From NCBI RefSeq assembly GCF_002087085.1, contig NZ_MWQY01000025.1, positions 1 to 52,664 on the forward strand: 52,664 bases of DNA, given 5' to 3'. Every line of letters starts with the position of its first letter. Within the stretch, counting starts at the first letter, position 1. The position numbers were made by a program, and so were the translations under genes. Positions 12,325 through 22,437 of this stretch are shown in pieces. Under the pieces are notes generated by a model that was not told where the DNA came from, searched no databases, and saw nothing but the letters and a program-made list of their open reading frames with translations.

Positions 12325-13115
12325 CGAAAATCGACAGTTACAGTCTCTTTTGCCTCGATGCATACCCCTGCAGCGGCAAGATCTTTCTGGATATCCTTTT
12401 CGCTGACGGAGCTGCTGGCTACAACCTTGGAAAAAAGCTTTTCGTTGTCCAGAATTTTATCCATCTGAAAGTCCATTATGGTGACGGTATCGCCGTCGAC
12501 GTAGCTGGCATCGGTGGAGTGGATTCCGCTGTCAATCTTTACTGCCACGCTGAAGGCCATTCCTCCGAGAAAGGGCTTCATCATCGAGGCCATCATGGCC
12601 GCTTCCTCCGGACTCTGTTCATCGTATTCATCGCTTTCATCTTCGTCTTCCCCGGACTGCTGAATACTGATGGTCAGACGCGGCCGGCCGGCGCGGTCAA
12701 AACCGAAGGTAACAGCATCGCCGTCTGCGGACTCCTCTTCATCCGTCGGTGCACCCAGCATCGGGTTGATCCTCACCCTGGATATATCGTCGTATTCAAA
12801 GAGCGCCGTATAGCCCATGCTGCCGGAGCTGTCGGATACGGGTGTCGCGGATACGAAGCGTACACCTTCGCCCATGGCTGATGCGAGCTCGCGCATGCCT
12901 TCCGGATCAATCAGGTCTTCGCTGCTCGAGGGCGGCGCATCGTCCCCGTCTTCGGAAAAACTCTGCATCATCTCCATCATTGATTTGTCCATCGAGAAAT
13001 CGACCGAAATCGTTCCCGACCCGTCTCTGTTGACTGTAACCAGCCAGTTGTTGGTGAAGCACCCGCTTAAGAACAGTATGACGACTGCCAGCAGGGCAAG
13101 TCTGATCTTTTTGAT
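12321..13115 (-). CDS. Lipoprotein (LppM/DUF3153-like N-terminus), apparent ATC start
   Basis: The frame is open 41 codons upstream of the track start: IKKIRLALLAVVILFLSGC-FTNNWLVTVNRDGSGT. It has an LSGC lipobox, and GGGAGG lies 6 nt before ATC at 13115. Confidence 0.65.
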   Translation of the reverse strand: MKKIRLALLAVVILFLSGCFTNNWLVTVNRDGSGTISVDFSMDKSMMEMMQSFSEDGDDAPPSSSEDLIDPEGMRELASAMGEGVRFVSATPVSDSSGSMGYTALFEYDDISRVRINPMLGAPTDEEESADGDAVTFGFDRAGRPRLTISIQQSGEDEDESDEYDEQSPEEAAMMASMMKPFLGGMAFSVAVKIDSGIHSTDASYVDGDTVTIMDFQMDKILDNEKLFSKVVASSSVSEKDIQKDLAAAGVCIEAKETVTVDFR

Positions 13116-13429
13116 ACTTTGCCTCCCTTGAGCTACATAAGGGCACCTCTAAAAACTACTCTTTTCACCATATCCTGCGTCGTCAAGATTTCCCGCGGTC
13201 CTCAACTCTTGCTACCACAAGAGTTTGCGGGCGCTACAAAATCTTTCCTCCTTGACTATGGTAAAAATACCACGTTTTTAGAGGTGCCCGTAATTACTAT
13301 GCTGGAATTTACCCAATAACACGGGAATAAACAATATCCCCGCAGCCTGGAAGAGTGCCCGGGGACCTTGGAATTCCCGGGTAAAAAACGTAGTATCCCA
13401 CCTATCCCGATGTGTTACGGGGGAGGTCC

Positions 13430-15211
13430 ATGATATTTCAGCGGAGCAACCTGATCCGTGGTTTTCTCTTCTATCTGCTGATTCTTATCCTTATTGTCGC
13501 AGTGTTCGTTTTCGGGATCGTCCGCTTCTTTTCGGCCAGCATATTCGGACAGGTGGAATATGAGCTGCGGGATTCAGCCCTTATGCTGAAAGGGCTCCTG
13601 GTGTATTCAGAAAAGCAGGGAAGCCCCGATTATGATGCCTTCTGCAAGGAAGCCGGTAAAAACGGTCATACCCGCATTACCATAATTAATGAGGACGGCA
13701 GGGTTCTTGGAGACTCCCATGCCGAAATATCATCCATGAATAACCATGGGGACAGACCGGAGTTTATTCAATCCCTTCGTGGGGGGGAAGGATTCTCCGT
13801 CCGTCATTCCGCATCTGTCGGTTACAGGCTTATGTACCTTGCTTTGCCGGTCGAGGTCGGCACGGGGAATCTTGTCCTCCGCATCTCCCGTCCGGTAAAC
13901 GCTGTCGATCAGGTAATTGCAGGAGCCAACAGAACTGTAATGTTCATCAGTCTGCTCTTTCTGGTTCTTGCCCTGGTGGCTGCCGTAAGAACAGGACAAT
14001 GGATACGCCGCCCCTTAAGACGCCTCGTGGATGTTGCCTCCCGTCTTGAAACGGGTGATCTGGATGCGCGGTCCGAGGTTGCGTATCCCGAAGAGTTCCG
14101 GGTTCTGGGGCATACCATGAACGCCATGGCGAAGAGCCTCGCCGGGAGAATGGAAACGGTTCGGCGTCAGCGGGATGAATACCAGTCGGTACTCTCGGGT
14201 ATGAGCGAGGCCGTTATTGTTCTTGATGAGAAACTGCAGGTCGTGGAGTCGAATCCCGCGGCGGAGAGAATTTTCCTCAGATCAAGAAAGGAGATGCTTT
14301 CCCGGCCCCTGCTGAACGCTGTGCGTAATCTGCACCTGCAGGAATTCGCCGAAGGGCTTCTTGCCGGTCCAGGTACCATGAGTGCGGAATTTCCCCTGAG
14401 CTTCACGACCGGAGGGGAGAGGGACCTCTATCTTCAGGTTCACGGAGCCCTCATACCCAGAGGAGAGAGCGGACACGCCAGGGCGGTGCTGGTTTTTACC
14501 GATATAACCGGCATCAAGCGCAGCGAACAGGTGCGGAAGGACTTCGTTTCCAATGTATCCCACGAACTCAAGACGCCGATAACCTCCATAAAAGGTTTTG
14601 TGGAGACCCTGATTGACGGTGCCGCCGAAGACCGGGAGATCCTGGAGCGCTTTCTCGGTATAATCGCCAGGCAGGCGGACAACATGCATGCCATTATCGA
14701 GGATCTGCTGCAGCTTTCCAGGCTTGATGAACAATCTCTGGGCCTTGAAGAGTCCCCGGTGAATGTGGAAACGGTGCTGAGGAATGCCCTGGAACGTGTC
14801 AGGGAGATCGCCAGGAGCCGGGATATCAGGCTCGAGCTGAGAACCGACGAGGCTTGTATGGTCCGGGGCAACCAGGGACTCCTGGAACAGGCGGTTTTTA
14901 ACCTGCTGGATAATGCTGTAAAATACAGCGGCTCAGGAGGGGAGATCGTTGTGGGCGTTCGGAGAAAAGGAGCCGTGGCGGAGGTTTTTGTCAGGGACCA
15001 GGGTGTGGGAATCCCTCCGGAAGACCTTCCCCGGGTTTTTGAACGCTTCTATCGCGTCGACAAGGCCCGCAGCAGGGAGACCGGCGGGACAGGACTCGGG
15101 CTTGCCATTGTAAAGCACATTGCCCTGGTGCACGGGGGAGGTGTTTCCGTGGAGAGCAGTCCGGGGATGGGATCGGAATTCATGATAACCCTCCCTCAGG
15201 AACAGGCATGA
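13430..15211 (+). CDS. Membrane sensor histidine kinase, PhoR-like (HAMP-PAS-HisKA-HATPase)
   Basis: Two TM segments, NHGDRPE, FVSNVSHELKTPITSIKGF, NLLDNAVKY, FERFYRVDKARSRETGGTGLGLAIVKH. Confidence 0.9.
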   Translation: MIFQRSNLIRGFLFYLLILILIVAVFVFGIVRFFSASIFGQVEYELRDSALMLKGLLVYSEKQGSPDYDAFCKEAGKNGHTRITIINEDGRVLGDSHAEISSMNNHGDRPEFIQSLRGGEGFSVRHSASVGYRLMYLALPVEVGTGNLVLRISRPVNAVDQVIAGANRTVMFISLLFLVLALVAAVRTGQWIRRPLRRLVDVASRLETGDLDARSEVAYPEEFRVLGHTMNAMAKSLAGRMETVRRQRDEYQSVLSGMSEAVIVLDEKLQVVESNPAAERIFLRSRKEMLSRPLLNAVRNLHLQEFAEGLLAGPGTMSAEFPLSFTTGGERDLYLQVHGALIPRGESGHARAVLVFTDITGIKRSEQVRKDFVSNVSHELKTPITSIKGFVETLIDGAAEDREILERFLGIIARQADNMHAIIEDLLQLSRLDEQSLGLEESPVNVETVLRNALERVREIARSRDIRLELRTDEACMVRGNQGLLEQAVFNLLDNAVKYSGSGGEIVVGVRRKGAVAEVFVRDQGVGIPPEDLPRVFERFYRVDKARSRETGGTGLGLAIVKHIALVHGGGVSVESSPGMGSEFMITLPQEQA

Positions 15212-15654
15212 ACGAAGCGAAGCGTGCGGGCTGGAAGGAGTATGTCTCTCTTCCGGAACTTGGGCTTCACCGTATAGTTGCCAAACTGGATACCGGTGCT
15301 CGCTCAGCCGCACTGCATGCGTCGGACATTCTGGTATACGATTCCCCCGGCGGACCCCGGGTCGCCTTCACCGTTTTTCCCCACCGGGGTCTTTCAGGGA
15401 GCGGCACCCGCTGCACCGCACCCCTGGTTGACCGGCGGGAGGTGACCAACTCCGGGGGTGCCGTACAGGTCCGGTACATCATTTCCACCCTGCTGGTACT
15501 GGGCAGTGAAGCCTGGACTGCAGAAATAAGCTTGACCGACCGGACGAGAATGCGGTATCCCATGCTTCTGGGGCGTGCAACCCTGGGAGACCGTTTTCTG
15601 GTTGATCCCGGCAGGAGCTATCTCATGAAAAGACGAAAAGGAAAGACCCAGTGA
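15208..15654 (+). CDS. RimK-associated putative protease (ATP-dependent zinc protease / retropepsin-like family)
   Basis: [36 protein letters not shown] motifs; adjacent to rimK. Confidence 0.88.
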   Translation: MNEAKRAGWKEYVSLPELGLHRIVAKLDTGARSAALHASDILVYDSPGGPRVAFTVFPHRGLSGSGTRCTAPLVDRREVTNSGGAVQVRYIISTLLVLGSEAWTAEISLTDRTRMRYPMLLGRATLGDRFLVDPGRSYLMKRRKGKTQ

Positions 15655-16556
15655 AATTTGCCCTGTTATCCCAAAGGAGCTACCTGTATACAACCAAGCG
15701 TCTCGTGGAGGCCGCGACATCCAGGGGACACAAGGTCAGAATAATCAATCCTCTGGAGTGCTACATGAATATCGCCTCCGGAAAACCGGAAATCCATTAT
15801 CGTGGTGAGAACCTGACCGGTTTCGATGCGGTCATCCCCCGTATCGGTGCTTCCATAACCTTTTACGGTACGGCGGTGGTACGTCAGTTCGAGATGATGG
15901 GGGTTTACTGCCTGAACGAGTCGGTACCCATTTCGCGATCCAGGGACAAACTGCGCTGCCTGCAGCTCCTTTCAAAGGGGGGTATCGGAATGCCGGTAAC
16001 CGCCTTTGCGCATTCTACCCGCTATACGGATGATCTTATCGATATGGTCGGAGGCGCACCCCTGGTGGTGAAGATCCTGGAGGGTACCCAGGGAATCGGG
16101 GTAGTGCTGGCGGAGACCAGAAAAGCCGCCAAGAGCGTGGTAGAGGCCTTCCGGGGGGTCAAGGCGAATATCCTGGTGCAGGAGTACATCGCAGAATCCG
16201 AAGGAAGCGATATCCGCTGTCTGGTTATCGGCGACCGTGTGGTGGCCAGCATGATGCGCCGGGGAAGCGAAGGGGATTTTCGTTCCAACCTGCACCGTGG
16301 AGGTTCGGCAGTCAAGATCGAGATCAGCGATGAGGAACGGGAGGCCGCCGTCAAAGCCGTGAGAATTGTAGGCCTCAACGTTGCCGGGGTGGACCTTCTG
16401 CGGAGCAGCAGAGGGCCCGCGGTTATCGAGGTGAACTCGTCGCCCGGGCTGGAAGGAATAGAACAGGTATCCCGCCGGAACATTGCCAAAGATATCATTC
16501 AGTTTATCGAAGAGAATGCCCGGCCGGGACACACCAAGGAGATCGGAACCGGCTGA
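15651..16556 (+). CDS. rimK: Ribosomal protein S6--L-glutamate ligase RimK (ATP-grasp)
   Basis: [36 protein letters not shown] and [12 protein letters not shown] motifs. Confidence 0.95.
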   Translation: MKFALLSQRSYLYTTKRLVEAATSRGHKVRIINPLECYMNIASGKPEIHYRGENLTGFDAVIPRIGASITFYGTAVVRQFEMMGVYCLNESVPISRSRDKLRCLQLLSKGGIGMPVTAFAHSTRYTDDLIDMVGGAPLVVKILEGTQGIGVVLAETRKAAKSVVEAFRGVKANILVQEYIAESEGSDIRCLVIGDRVVASMMRRGSEGDFRSNLHRGGSAVKIEISDEEREAAVKAVRIVGLNVAGVDLLRSSRGPAVIEVNSSPGLEGIEQVSRRNIAKDIIQFIEENARPGHTKEIGTG

Positions 16557-16572
16557 TTCCAGCCGCTTCTTC
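16550..16572. terminator. Small hairpin between convergent rimK and hydrogenase genes
   Basis: CGGCTG-ATTC-CAGCCG followed by CTTCTTC. Confidence 0.4.
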
Positions 16573-18048
16573 TTATCCGGCGGACTTTTGCCCCGCTGCA
16601 GACAAGGCAAGATTCTTCTCCTCCGCATATTCATCCAGGCGTCTGCTGCTTACCCGCGGATCAGCGACGGTGCCGGGTCCGCAGATACAGCCGCCGGGGC
16701 AGCTCATGACCTCGGTGAAGTCCGCCGACAGTTTTCCGGAGGCGATAAGTCGCAGTTTCGCCAGGGCCTTTTTATCCAGTCCGTCAATCCGGAGTACCTC
16801 CGGCTCCCGTCCCAGGGTTTCCCCTGCATAGGTCAATACAGCCTGGCTGACGCCGCCGGCCCGGGCAAAGAGGCGTTCGAACCTGTCCACCCGCGGGTTG
16901 TCCGTACCCGATTCGGAGCATTCCGCCACGTCGATATCCATGGCCAGAAACAGGGAGGCCAGTTCTTCGAAGGTCATGACCAGGTCGGCGGATTTATCGT
17001 GTCTGGCCTCCACCCTTTTGGCGATACAGGGGCCGATAAAAACGGTCCTTCGATCCGGCCATCCTTCTTTGGCCCAAGCCGCGCTTGCGGCCATGGGCGT
17101 AGGTGCGGTGGAGACATGGGGGGCGAAGTCCGGACAGTGAAGGCGAACCGCCTCGGTGTAGGCGGGACAGCAGGAGCTCGCCAGGGGCTTGCCTTTTTTG
17201 AGGTGCTCCGCGAGCTCTTCTGCTTCCTTTCGGACCGTCTCGGCGGCACCCCAGGCGACTTCAACGACAGCTGCGAAGCCCGCCTGCCTGAGAGCCGTTG
17301 TGAGCTGACCGAAACCTCCAGGAAACTGGCCCGCCGCAGCGGGGGCAACCAGGGCGACGGGACGCTCCGACTCGGGACCCAGGAGGTCCCGGGCGATGCT
17401 GTACAGGTGGCTGCGTTCCATTACCGCACCGAAAGGACAGCTGATGCTGCACTGTCCGCAGGAGATGCATTTTTCGTGGTCGATAAGCGCGGAGCCGTCC
17501 TCGTTCTTCCGTATTGCTCCGACGGGACAGGCTGCTTCGCAGGGGACCGGGGTGTAAACCACCGCGTTGTACGGACAGGCTTCACGGCATTTTCCGCAGT
17601 TGACGCACTTCTCGTGATCTATTACAGCCTTGCCGTTCACAAAGCTTACAGCGTCCCGGGGACATACGGAGGCACAGTTTCTTGCCAGGCACCCCCGGCA
17701 AAGGTTTGATACTGTATGCCTGCCCGAGGGACAGGAATGACAGGCAGCGTCGATGAGTGTAAGGACCGGTCCATCCGGAGCGCCCTGTCTGCTCCCGGCT
17801 TTTTCGGCGTATTCCTTCAGGGGCCGTGTTTCATCCGTCTCCTCCTCAATGGAAAAACCGAGGAGGGCCATTAGCCGGTACCTGGTTATAGCCCGATCCT
17901 TGTAAATACAGCACCTGTAGGAGCCGCCTTTTTTAGGAAACAGATCAACAGGTATTTTGTCGATAATATCGGCCAGGTTTCTGTTGATAATTCCCTGAAG
18001 GAATCGCTTCGCCAGTTGTATGCGCAGAAAAACAGTATTGTTATTCAT
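16573..18048 (-). CDS. [FeFe]-hydrogenase catalytic subunit with N-terminal 4Fe-4S domains (HfsD / group B-like)
   Basis: H-cluster motifs SSCCPAY, GPCIAKRVE and EVMSCPGGCICGPG; several CxxCxxCxxxCP ferredoxin motifs. Confidence 0.88.
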   Translation of the reverse strand: MNNNTVFLRIQLAKRFLQGIINRNLADIIDKIPVDLFPKKGGSYRCCIYKDRAITRYRLMALLGFSIEEETDETRPLKEYAEKAGSRQGAPDGPVLTLIDAACHSCPSGRHTVSNLCRGCLARNCASVCPRDAVSFVNGKAVIDHEKCVNCGKCREACPYNAVVYTPVPCEAACPVGAIRKNEDGSALIDHEKCISCGQCSISCPFGAVMERSHLYSIARDLLGPESERPVALVAPAAAGQFPGGFGQLTTALRQAGFAAVVEVAWGAAETVRKEAEELAEHLKKGKPLASSCCPAYTEAVRLHCPDFAPHVSTAPTPMAASAAWAKEGWPDRRTVFIGPCIAKRVEARHDKSADLVMTFEELASLFLAMDIDVAECSESGTDNPRVDRFERLFARAGGVSQAVLTYAGETLGREPEVLRIDGLDKKALAKLRLIASGKLSADFTEVMSCPGGCICGPGTVADPRVSSRRLDEYAEEKNLALSAAGQKSAG

Positions 18049-18325
18049 GGTTCTGCCTTGTGTTCCCTTTATCCTGCAGTTTCCCGCGAACGATCTCCGT
18101 CAATTCATCAATGTCGATACCGCCGAAGAGGGTGTCGTCAACCATGGCAAAGGGAGGTCTGGGTCCCGACGAATCCCCGCAGCAGCCGAGGCACCCGACA
18201 CCCTGGATCCGGACGGCGGCGAGTTCCTCGCTGTTCAGTTTGTTCTCAAGATCGAGAAGAAACGAGCCTCCCTGTACATAACAGGCAGTTCCGGTACAGA
18301 TTTTCACGACCACGGAATCCTTCAT
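18041..18325 (-). CDS. Thioredoxin-like [2Fe-2S] ferredoxin (NuoE/HydC-like small subunit)
   Basis: KICTGTACYVQG...GCLGCC motif; within the hydrogenase operon. Confidence 0.8.
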   Translation of the reverse strand: MKDSVVVKICTGTACYVQGGSFLLDLENKLNSEELAAVRIQGVGCLGCCGDSSGPRPPFAMVDDTLFGGIDIDELTEIVRGKLQDKGNTRQNHE

Positions 18326-18334
18326 AGTTCTCTC

Positions 18335-19525
18335 CTATATAAATTCAAGGCTTGTTGTTTTCAGGTAGTTTTTTTCCAGGATCTCGCAAATTCTCTTTAC
18401 CAGGGTACGGCGAATACCGATCTCCACCGGCATGTCAGGATCCTGATGGGCTTCATTGATCTTTGTCCCCACCAGGAAACAGACCTTGTCGCTGTCCACC
18501 AGAAGCCGGCACAGGCGTACCGCAGCGTTGTCCGTGCAGGTATCCGCAAACTCGCCGGTTTCCAGCTGACGGGCCGTTTCGGTAAGGGTGAGCATTCCCT
18601 CGGTCACCAGGTCGATCCCATCCATCTCTGCGGAGGGGGGAATCCTCCGGTCCCGGCTCTTCAGATCAACCAGGACCTCTCTTCCCAGCTCCCGGGCTGC
18701 GAGCTTGGCTGTTGTACCGCCGCAGATAATCTTTTTTCCGGGGAAAAGGGAAAGGCGCTTCGCCAACAGGGTATCCCGTCCGGGGTCCATGGGCGGTCCC
18801 GTGGCGACCATCGCCTGCCTGGGAGTCCTGAAATAGATAACCCCGCAGGTTATATCGTCCTTGGGGGCGTATCCGTCAAGGAGCTGGGAGTTTACGGCGA
18901 TCTTTCTGGCCAGGTCCCTGGCTGAGACCGAGGGGTCTGCGGTAATTCTCCCCCGGGTAAACTGTCGGACTCCATCGAGTCTGAGACCCAGGGGATAAGC
19001 CCGGGATCCCATGCCGCTCTGACTTACCCCGTCGGAAAAGAAGACCAGCCTGTCCTGTACCTGGAGGTCAAGACTGGTATAATACAGGTGCTCCTCTTTG
19101 TGCTCAAAACGCCTGGGCAGTTCCATTACCCGCCTGTCCGGTCTGATTTCTCCGGTGCCCCGGTAAAAGAGAAAGCGCGGATTGTCGTATTCCACGATCT
19201 CCGTTTTTCCGTCCGCCTGGACGTCTATAATGGAAAAGGTCGCGTAACTGATTTTTCTTTCCCGGCAGACCGGAAGGGTCCTCATGATTATCTCCGCGGC
19301 CCTTCGGACATCGAGTTTTTCCGCCACGTATTTCTCCGCCATGGTCGCGGTCAGGTTTGCCAGTACATTTGCCTTTACACCGCTGCCGAGGCCGTCGGAG
19401 AGGACACAGATAATCCTTCCGTCCTCCTCTCGCCGGGACAGGAGAAAGACATCCCCGCCTATCTTGTTGCGGTGTTTGTAAAACTGGCAGTAATCGACCT
19501 CAATAAAACCGTGTTCCACGCTCAT
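18335..19525 (-). CDS. SpoIIE/PP2C-type Ser/Thr phosphatase (HfsC-like)
   Basis: GGD, LSDGLGSGVKAN, FSDGV, DDIT and CGGTTA motifs. Confidence 0.88.
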   Translation of the reverse strand: MSVEHGFIEVDYCQFYKHRNKIGGDVFLLSRREEDGRIICVLSDGLGSGVKANVLANLTATMAEKYVAEKLDVRRAAEIIMRTLPVCRERKISYATFSIIDVQADGKTEIVEYDNPRFLFYRGTGEIRPDRRVMELPRRFEHKEEHLYYTSLDLQVQDRLVFFSDGVSQSGMGSRAYPLGLRLDGVRQFTRGRITADPSVSARDLARKIAVNSQLLDGYAPKDDITCGVIYFRTPRQAMVATGPPMDPGRDTLLAKRLSLFPGKKIICGGTTAKLAARELGREVLVDLKSRDRRIPPSAEMDGIDLVTEGMLTLTETARQLETGEFADTCTDNAAVRLCRLLVDSDKVCFLVGTKINEAHQDPDMPVEIGIRRTLVKRICEILEKNYLKTTSLEFI

Positions 19526-21237
19526 CAGCTCCGTCTGAATTCACCGGGCTCAAAGGAGTCTATAAGGGAGTTGAGGATTATCTCCGTCTCCGCGGCGTTT
19601 TCTCCCAGAAGTCCTGCGATCTGCTGTACGCTCTCGAGGTTTTTGCGGATGACCTCCTCCGCTTTTTTTACCACCATCTCCCGTTTTACCGCCGGGGCCG
19701 TAATATCCTGAAAAACCGCTCCCACAAGGCGCCCCTTCTGTATCTGAAAGAAGTTGCCCCGCATGACCTTGCCGTCTATCTGGATAATCTTTTCCATTGT
19801 CTCGGATCGTTCCAGAAGAGTCCGGAAGGCGTCGGTCTTCGGCAGAAAGGAGGAGAGGCTTTTACCTTCCACCCGCTTGAGTACCTCGAGATCAGGTTCA
19901 AAAGGAATCTGTGCAAAGAGATCCAGAAAATTACGGTTGCATTCCACAATGTGCATCTTTTCATCCGCGATCACGACCCCCATGGGAATGGTATGGAGCA
20001 GAGCTGTTACCTTGTTCTGGGCAATCTTGCGCATTTCGGTGACGCACATCTCCTTTTCAGCTTTTCCGTCCAGAAAGGCCCGGGCGAACTCTTCGCAGGT
20101 CGGGTAACCGCAGCCTCCGCAGTTCTTTCGATCCTCCCGGCTGATTTTACCCAGGGCATTCAAAGCGTCTTCGATCTCTTCATGGGTGTAAGCGCCCCCC
20201 GGTGTTACGGGGATGTTCCAGCAGGAATCAATCAGGTCCGCCGGAAGGAAGTCCAGGGAGCTGCAGCTTTCACGCTGTTCCCAGGTATCGAAGAGCCTGG
20301 CCCGGCGTGTAATGGAGGCCTCATCGGTGTGGCTGACCGGTCCGTTGATGCAGCCTCCTTCGCAGGTCATGAGTTCCAGGAAGTAGTTCTCTTCATCGAT
20401 CTCGGAAAAATGCCTGAGAGTATCCATGAGCTGGGCGGTTCCGGACTGATGAAAGTACCGGTAGTTTTCCGGGGCGGAATTTCCCATGGAGCGGATCATG
20501 CCTCCGTCCACCGGGTAGAGGGAAGCCTTGCCGGCCTTAAAAGGAACAAAGCCTGTTTTTTCCGCAGAGATTCTGTCAGCTTTGATCGTCCCGTCGCATT
20601 CCCCGATCCAGGCAGCCGCCTCCTTGAAGGTCAGGGCAACATCCACCGTATCGGGGTACTGATCGGCCTCCGTCTTCTTCGCGATACAGGGACCGATAAA
20701 GACTACTCCGATATCTTCGCCGTAGAGACGTCGCAGGTATCGTCCGTGGGCAATCATGGGGGAGGTAATACCGCTGATCTTTTTCGCGGCGTCGGGAAAA
20801 TACCTTTGGGCCAGCAGACGCACGGAGGGGCAGGCGGAGGAGATACAAGCCCCGCTGCCGTTGTGCAGCTGTCTTTTCTGTTCCAGGCTGACGATCTCGG
20901 CACCGATGGCGGTTTCAGAAACCCCGGTGAAACCCAGACTCTTCAGCTTGTCGATTAAAACCTGCTCTCCATCGGTAAAGACAGCTGCGTAGGAGGGTGC
21001 CAGGGAAACGTAGACCTTCTCTCTGATGGATAAAAGCTGTTTTGCCCGGGGGATATCGTTACGGACCTTTTTGGCCCCGGCGGGACAGACATCCACACAG
21101 CGTCCGCAGAAGATACAGAGATCATGGTCCACCGTGGCGCTGGATTCCTCAACCCTGATGGCCTTGACCGGACAGTGGCGGACGCATTTATAGCAGTCCC
21201 GGCACTGGGTCTTTTCCGTGTAGATGGCGGGGATCAT
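19525..21237 (-). CDS. Sensory [FeFe]-hydrogenase with C-terminal FeS and PAS domains (HydS/HfsB, group C)
   Basis: CRDCYKCVRHCP, altered P1 motif ISSACP, GPCIAKKTE, ELMTCEGGCINGP, NCGGCGYPTC, and a PAS-like C-terminus (IPMGVVIADE...CNRNF). Confidence 0.88.
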   Translation of the reverse strand: MIPAIYTEKTQCRDCYKCVRHCPVKAIRVEESSATVDHDLCIFCGRCVDVCPAGAKKVRNDIPRAKQLLSIREKVYVSLAPSYAAVFTDGEQVLIDKLKSLGFTGVSETAIGAEIVSLEQKRQLHNGSGACISSACPSVRLLAQRYFPDAAKKISGITSPMIAHGRYLRRLYGEDIGVVFIGPCIAKKTEADQYPDTVDVALTFKEAAAWIGECDGTIKADRISAEKTGFVPFKAGKASLYPVDGGMIRSMGNSAPENYRYFHQSGTAQLMDTLRHFSEIDEENYFLELMTCEGGCINGPVSHTDEASITRRARLFDTWEQRESCSSLDFLPADLIDSCWNIPVTPGGAYTHEEIEDALNALGKISREDRKNCGGCGYPTCEEFARAFLDGKAEKEMCVTEMRKIAQNKVTALLHTIPMGVVIADEKMHIVECNRNFLDLFAQIPFEPDLEVLKRVEGKSLSSFLPKTDAFRTLLERSETMEKIIQIDGKVMRGNFFQIQKGRLVGAVFQDITAPAVKREMVVKKAEEVIRKNLESVQQIAGLLGENAAETEIILNSLIDSFEPGEFRRS

Positions 21238-21500
21238 GAGGCCTCCGGATTCCGGGCATCAAGATGGTAACGCAGAAGATCTTCTAGGGCGTCGGGGTGA
21301 ACCTGGCTGTAGCTGGTATTGTTGATGCTCATGCAGGGGCCGGAGGCGCAGTTTCCGGTGCAGAGGCGCCCTTTTAATTCCACCTCTTCCAGAAGACCTG
21401 TTTTCTGCAGATAGCTTTCCACCCTTTCCAGGCTAAGGGCATTGCCCCTGGAAAAGCAGGAGCTCCCCATACAGATCTCTATGACGGGTTTTGTTTTCAT
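21234..21500 (-). CDS. Thioredoxin-like [2Fe-2S] protein (HfsA-like)
   Basis: EICMGSSCFSRG...LCTGNCASGP motif. Confidence 0.85.
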   Translation of the reverse strand: MKTKPVIEICMGSSCFSRGNALSLERVESYLQKTGLLEEVELKGRLCTGNCASGPCMSINNTSYSQVHPDALEDLLRYHLDARNPEAS

Positions 21501-21568
21501 TAAAGCCTCCGGTGCAAATCCATCCCCGGGATGGAGAGTCTCGGCACCGGCAGGCGTATTACGGCGGC

Positions 21569-22240
21569 CTATACCGGTGCGCTTGGTCCGTTGTTTTCGT
21601 GTTTGAGCATCTCCGATAAACGGACCGACAGTACTGCAAGTCCGGCTGAGAGCTCTTCCCTTTGCACAACCACGTTATCGGGTACCTCGATCTTACAGGG
21701 CGAAAAACTCCAGATGCCCCGTATGCCCGCTTGGATCAGCAGGTCAGCGCACTCCTGTGCAGCAGATTCCGGAACGGTAAGAACGGCAATCAAAACGCCC
21801 ATGCGTTTTGCGAGTTCCGGAACCCGCTCCATGGGAAAGACCTTCTTCCCGTGAATGGCGGTGTTGTGCTTCGACGGGTCCAGGTCAAAGGCCGCAACAA
21901 TATCCAGCCCGTATTCCTGGAAACCCCGGTATCCGAGCAGGGCTGACCCAAGGGCGCCGGCTCCGATAAGGAATGCCTCCTTCGGGTCCTGCCAGCCAAG
22001 CAGCTGATGAAGAGCTGATGTAAGCTGCTCTATATCGTAGCCTACCTTCGGACGGCCGATTATGGCTGAATATCCCAGATCCTTTCGTACCTGAACCTGA
22101 TTGAGCCCAAGGCGTTCTGCTATATCCCTCGCTGATACCGTAGTTATTCCCGTAGATTTCAGTTCCTTCAGTACCTGAAGATACGCGGGGTAGCGTTTTA
22201 TCGTCGGGTACGGAACGGACTGAATCGATGCATCCTCCAT
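21569..22240 (-). CDS. rex: Redox-sensing transcriptional repressor Rex
   Basis: TIKRYPAY wHTH, QVRKDL, GRPKVGY, IGAGALG Rossmann motif, LTVP...AQ. Confidence 0.92.
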   Translation of the reverse strand: MEDASIQSVPYPTIKRYPAYLQVLKELKSTGITTVSARDIAERLGLNQVQVRKDLGYSAIIGRPKVGYDIEQLTSALHQLLGWQDPKEAFLIGAGALGSALLGYRGFQEYGLDIVAAFDLDPSKHNTAIHGKKVFPMERVPELAKRMGVLIAVLTVPESAAQECADLLIQAGIRGIWSFSPCKIEVPDNVVVQREELSAGLAVLSVRLSEMLKHENNGPSAPV

Positions 22241-22288
22241 GGTATACCTCCGTTCTTATATAGTATCGTAAGTATACCGTTCTTACAA

Positions 22289-22308
22289 ATCGTTATTTTA
22301 GTAACGAT
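22289..22308. promoter_or_regulatory. Candidate Rex operator (inverted repeat)
   Basis: ATCGTTA-TTTTAG-TAACGAT. The 18-bp core resembles Rex boxes of the TTGTTAA-N4-TTAACAA type and lies just downstream of the -10 of the rex promoter. Confidence 0.65.
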
Positions 22309-22311
22309 AAA

Positions 22312-22340
22312 AATATATCGATTGAATCGTTTACTGTCAA
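22312..22340 (-). promoter_or_regulatory. Sigma70-type promoter of the rex-hydrogenase operon
   Basis: Minus strand TTGACA (22340-22335), 17-bp spacer, TATATT (22317-22312). Confidence 0.7.
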
Positions 22341-22437
22341 CAGGCCAATCTTTATTTCTGGCGGTTTCTGTACTTTTTTTACCCATTGTCATGAATGGTC
22401 AGGAGGGATAAACTGGGCGATAAAAACGGAGAACAGT

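Noticed and set aside
13140..13420. Possible ncRNA or riboswitch in the intergenic region before the kinase
   Set aside because: Only weak short stems and no recognisable RNA motif; an Rfam scan would be needed.
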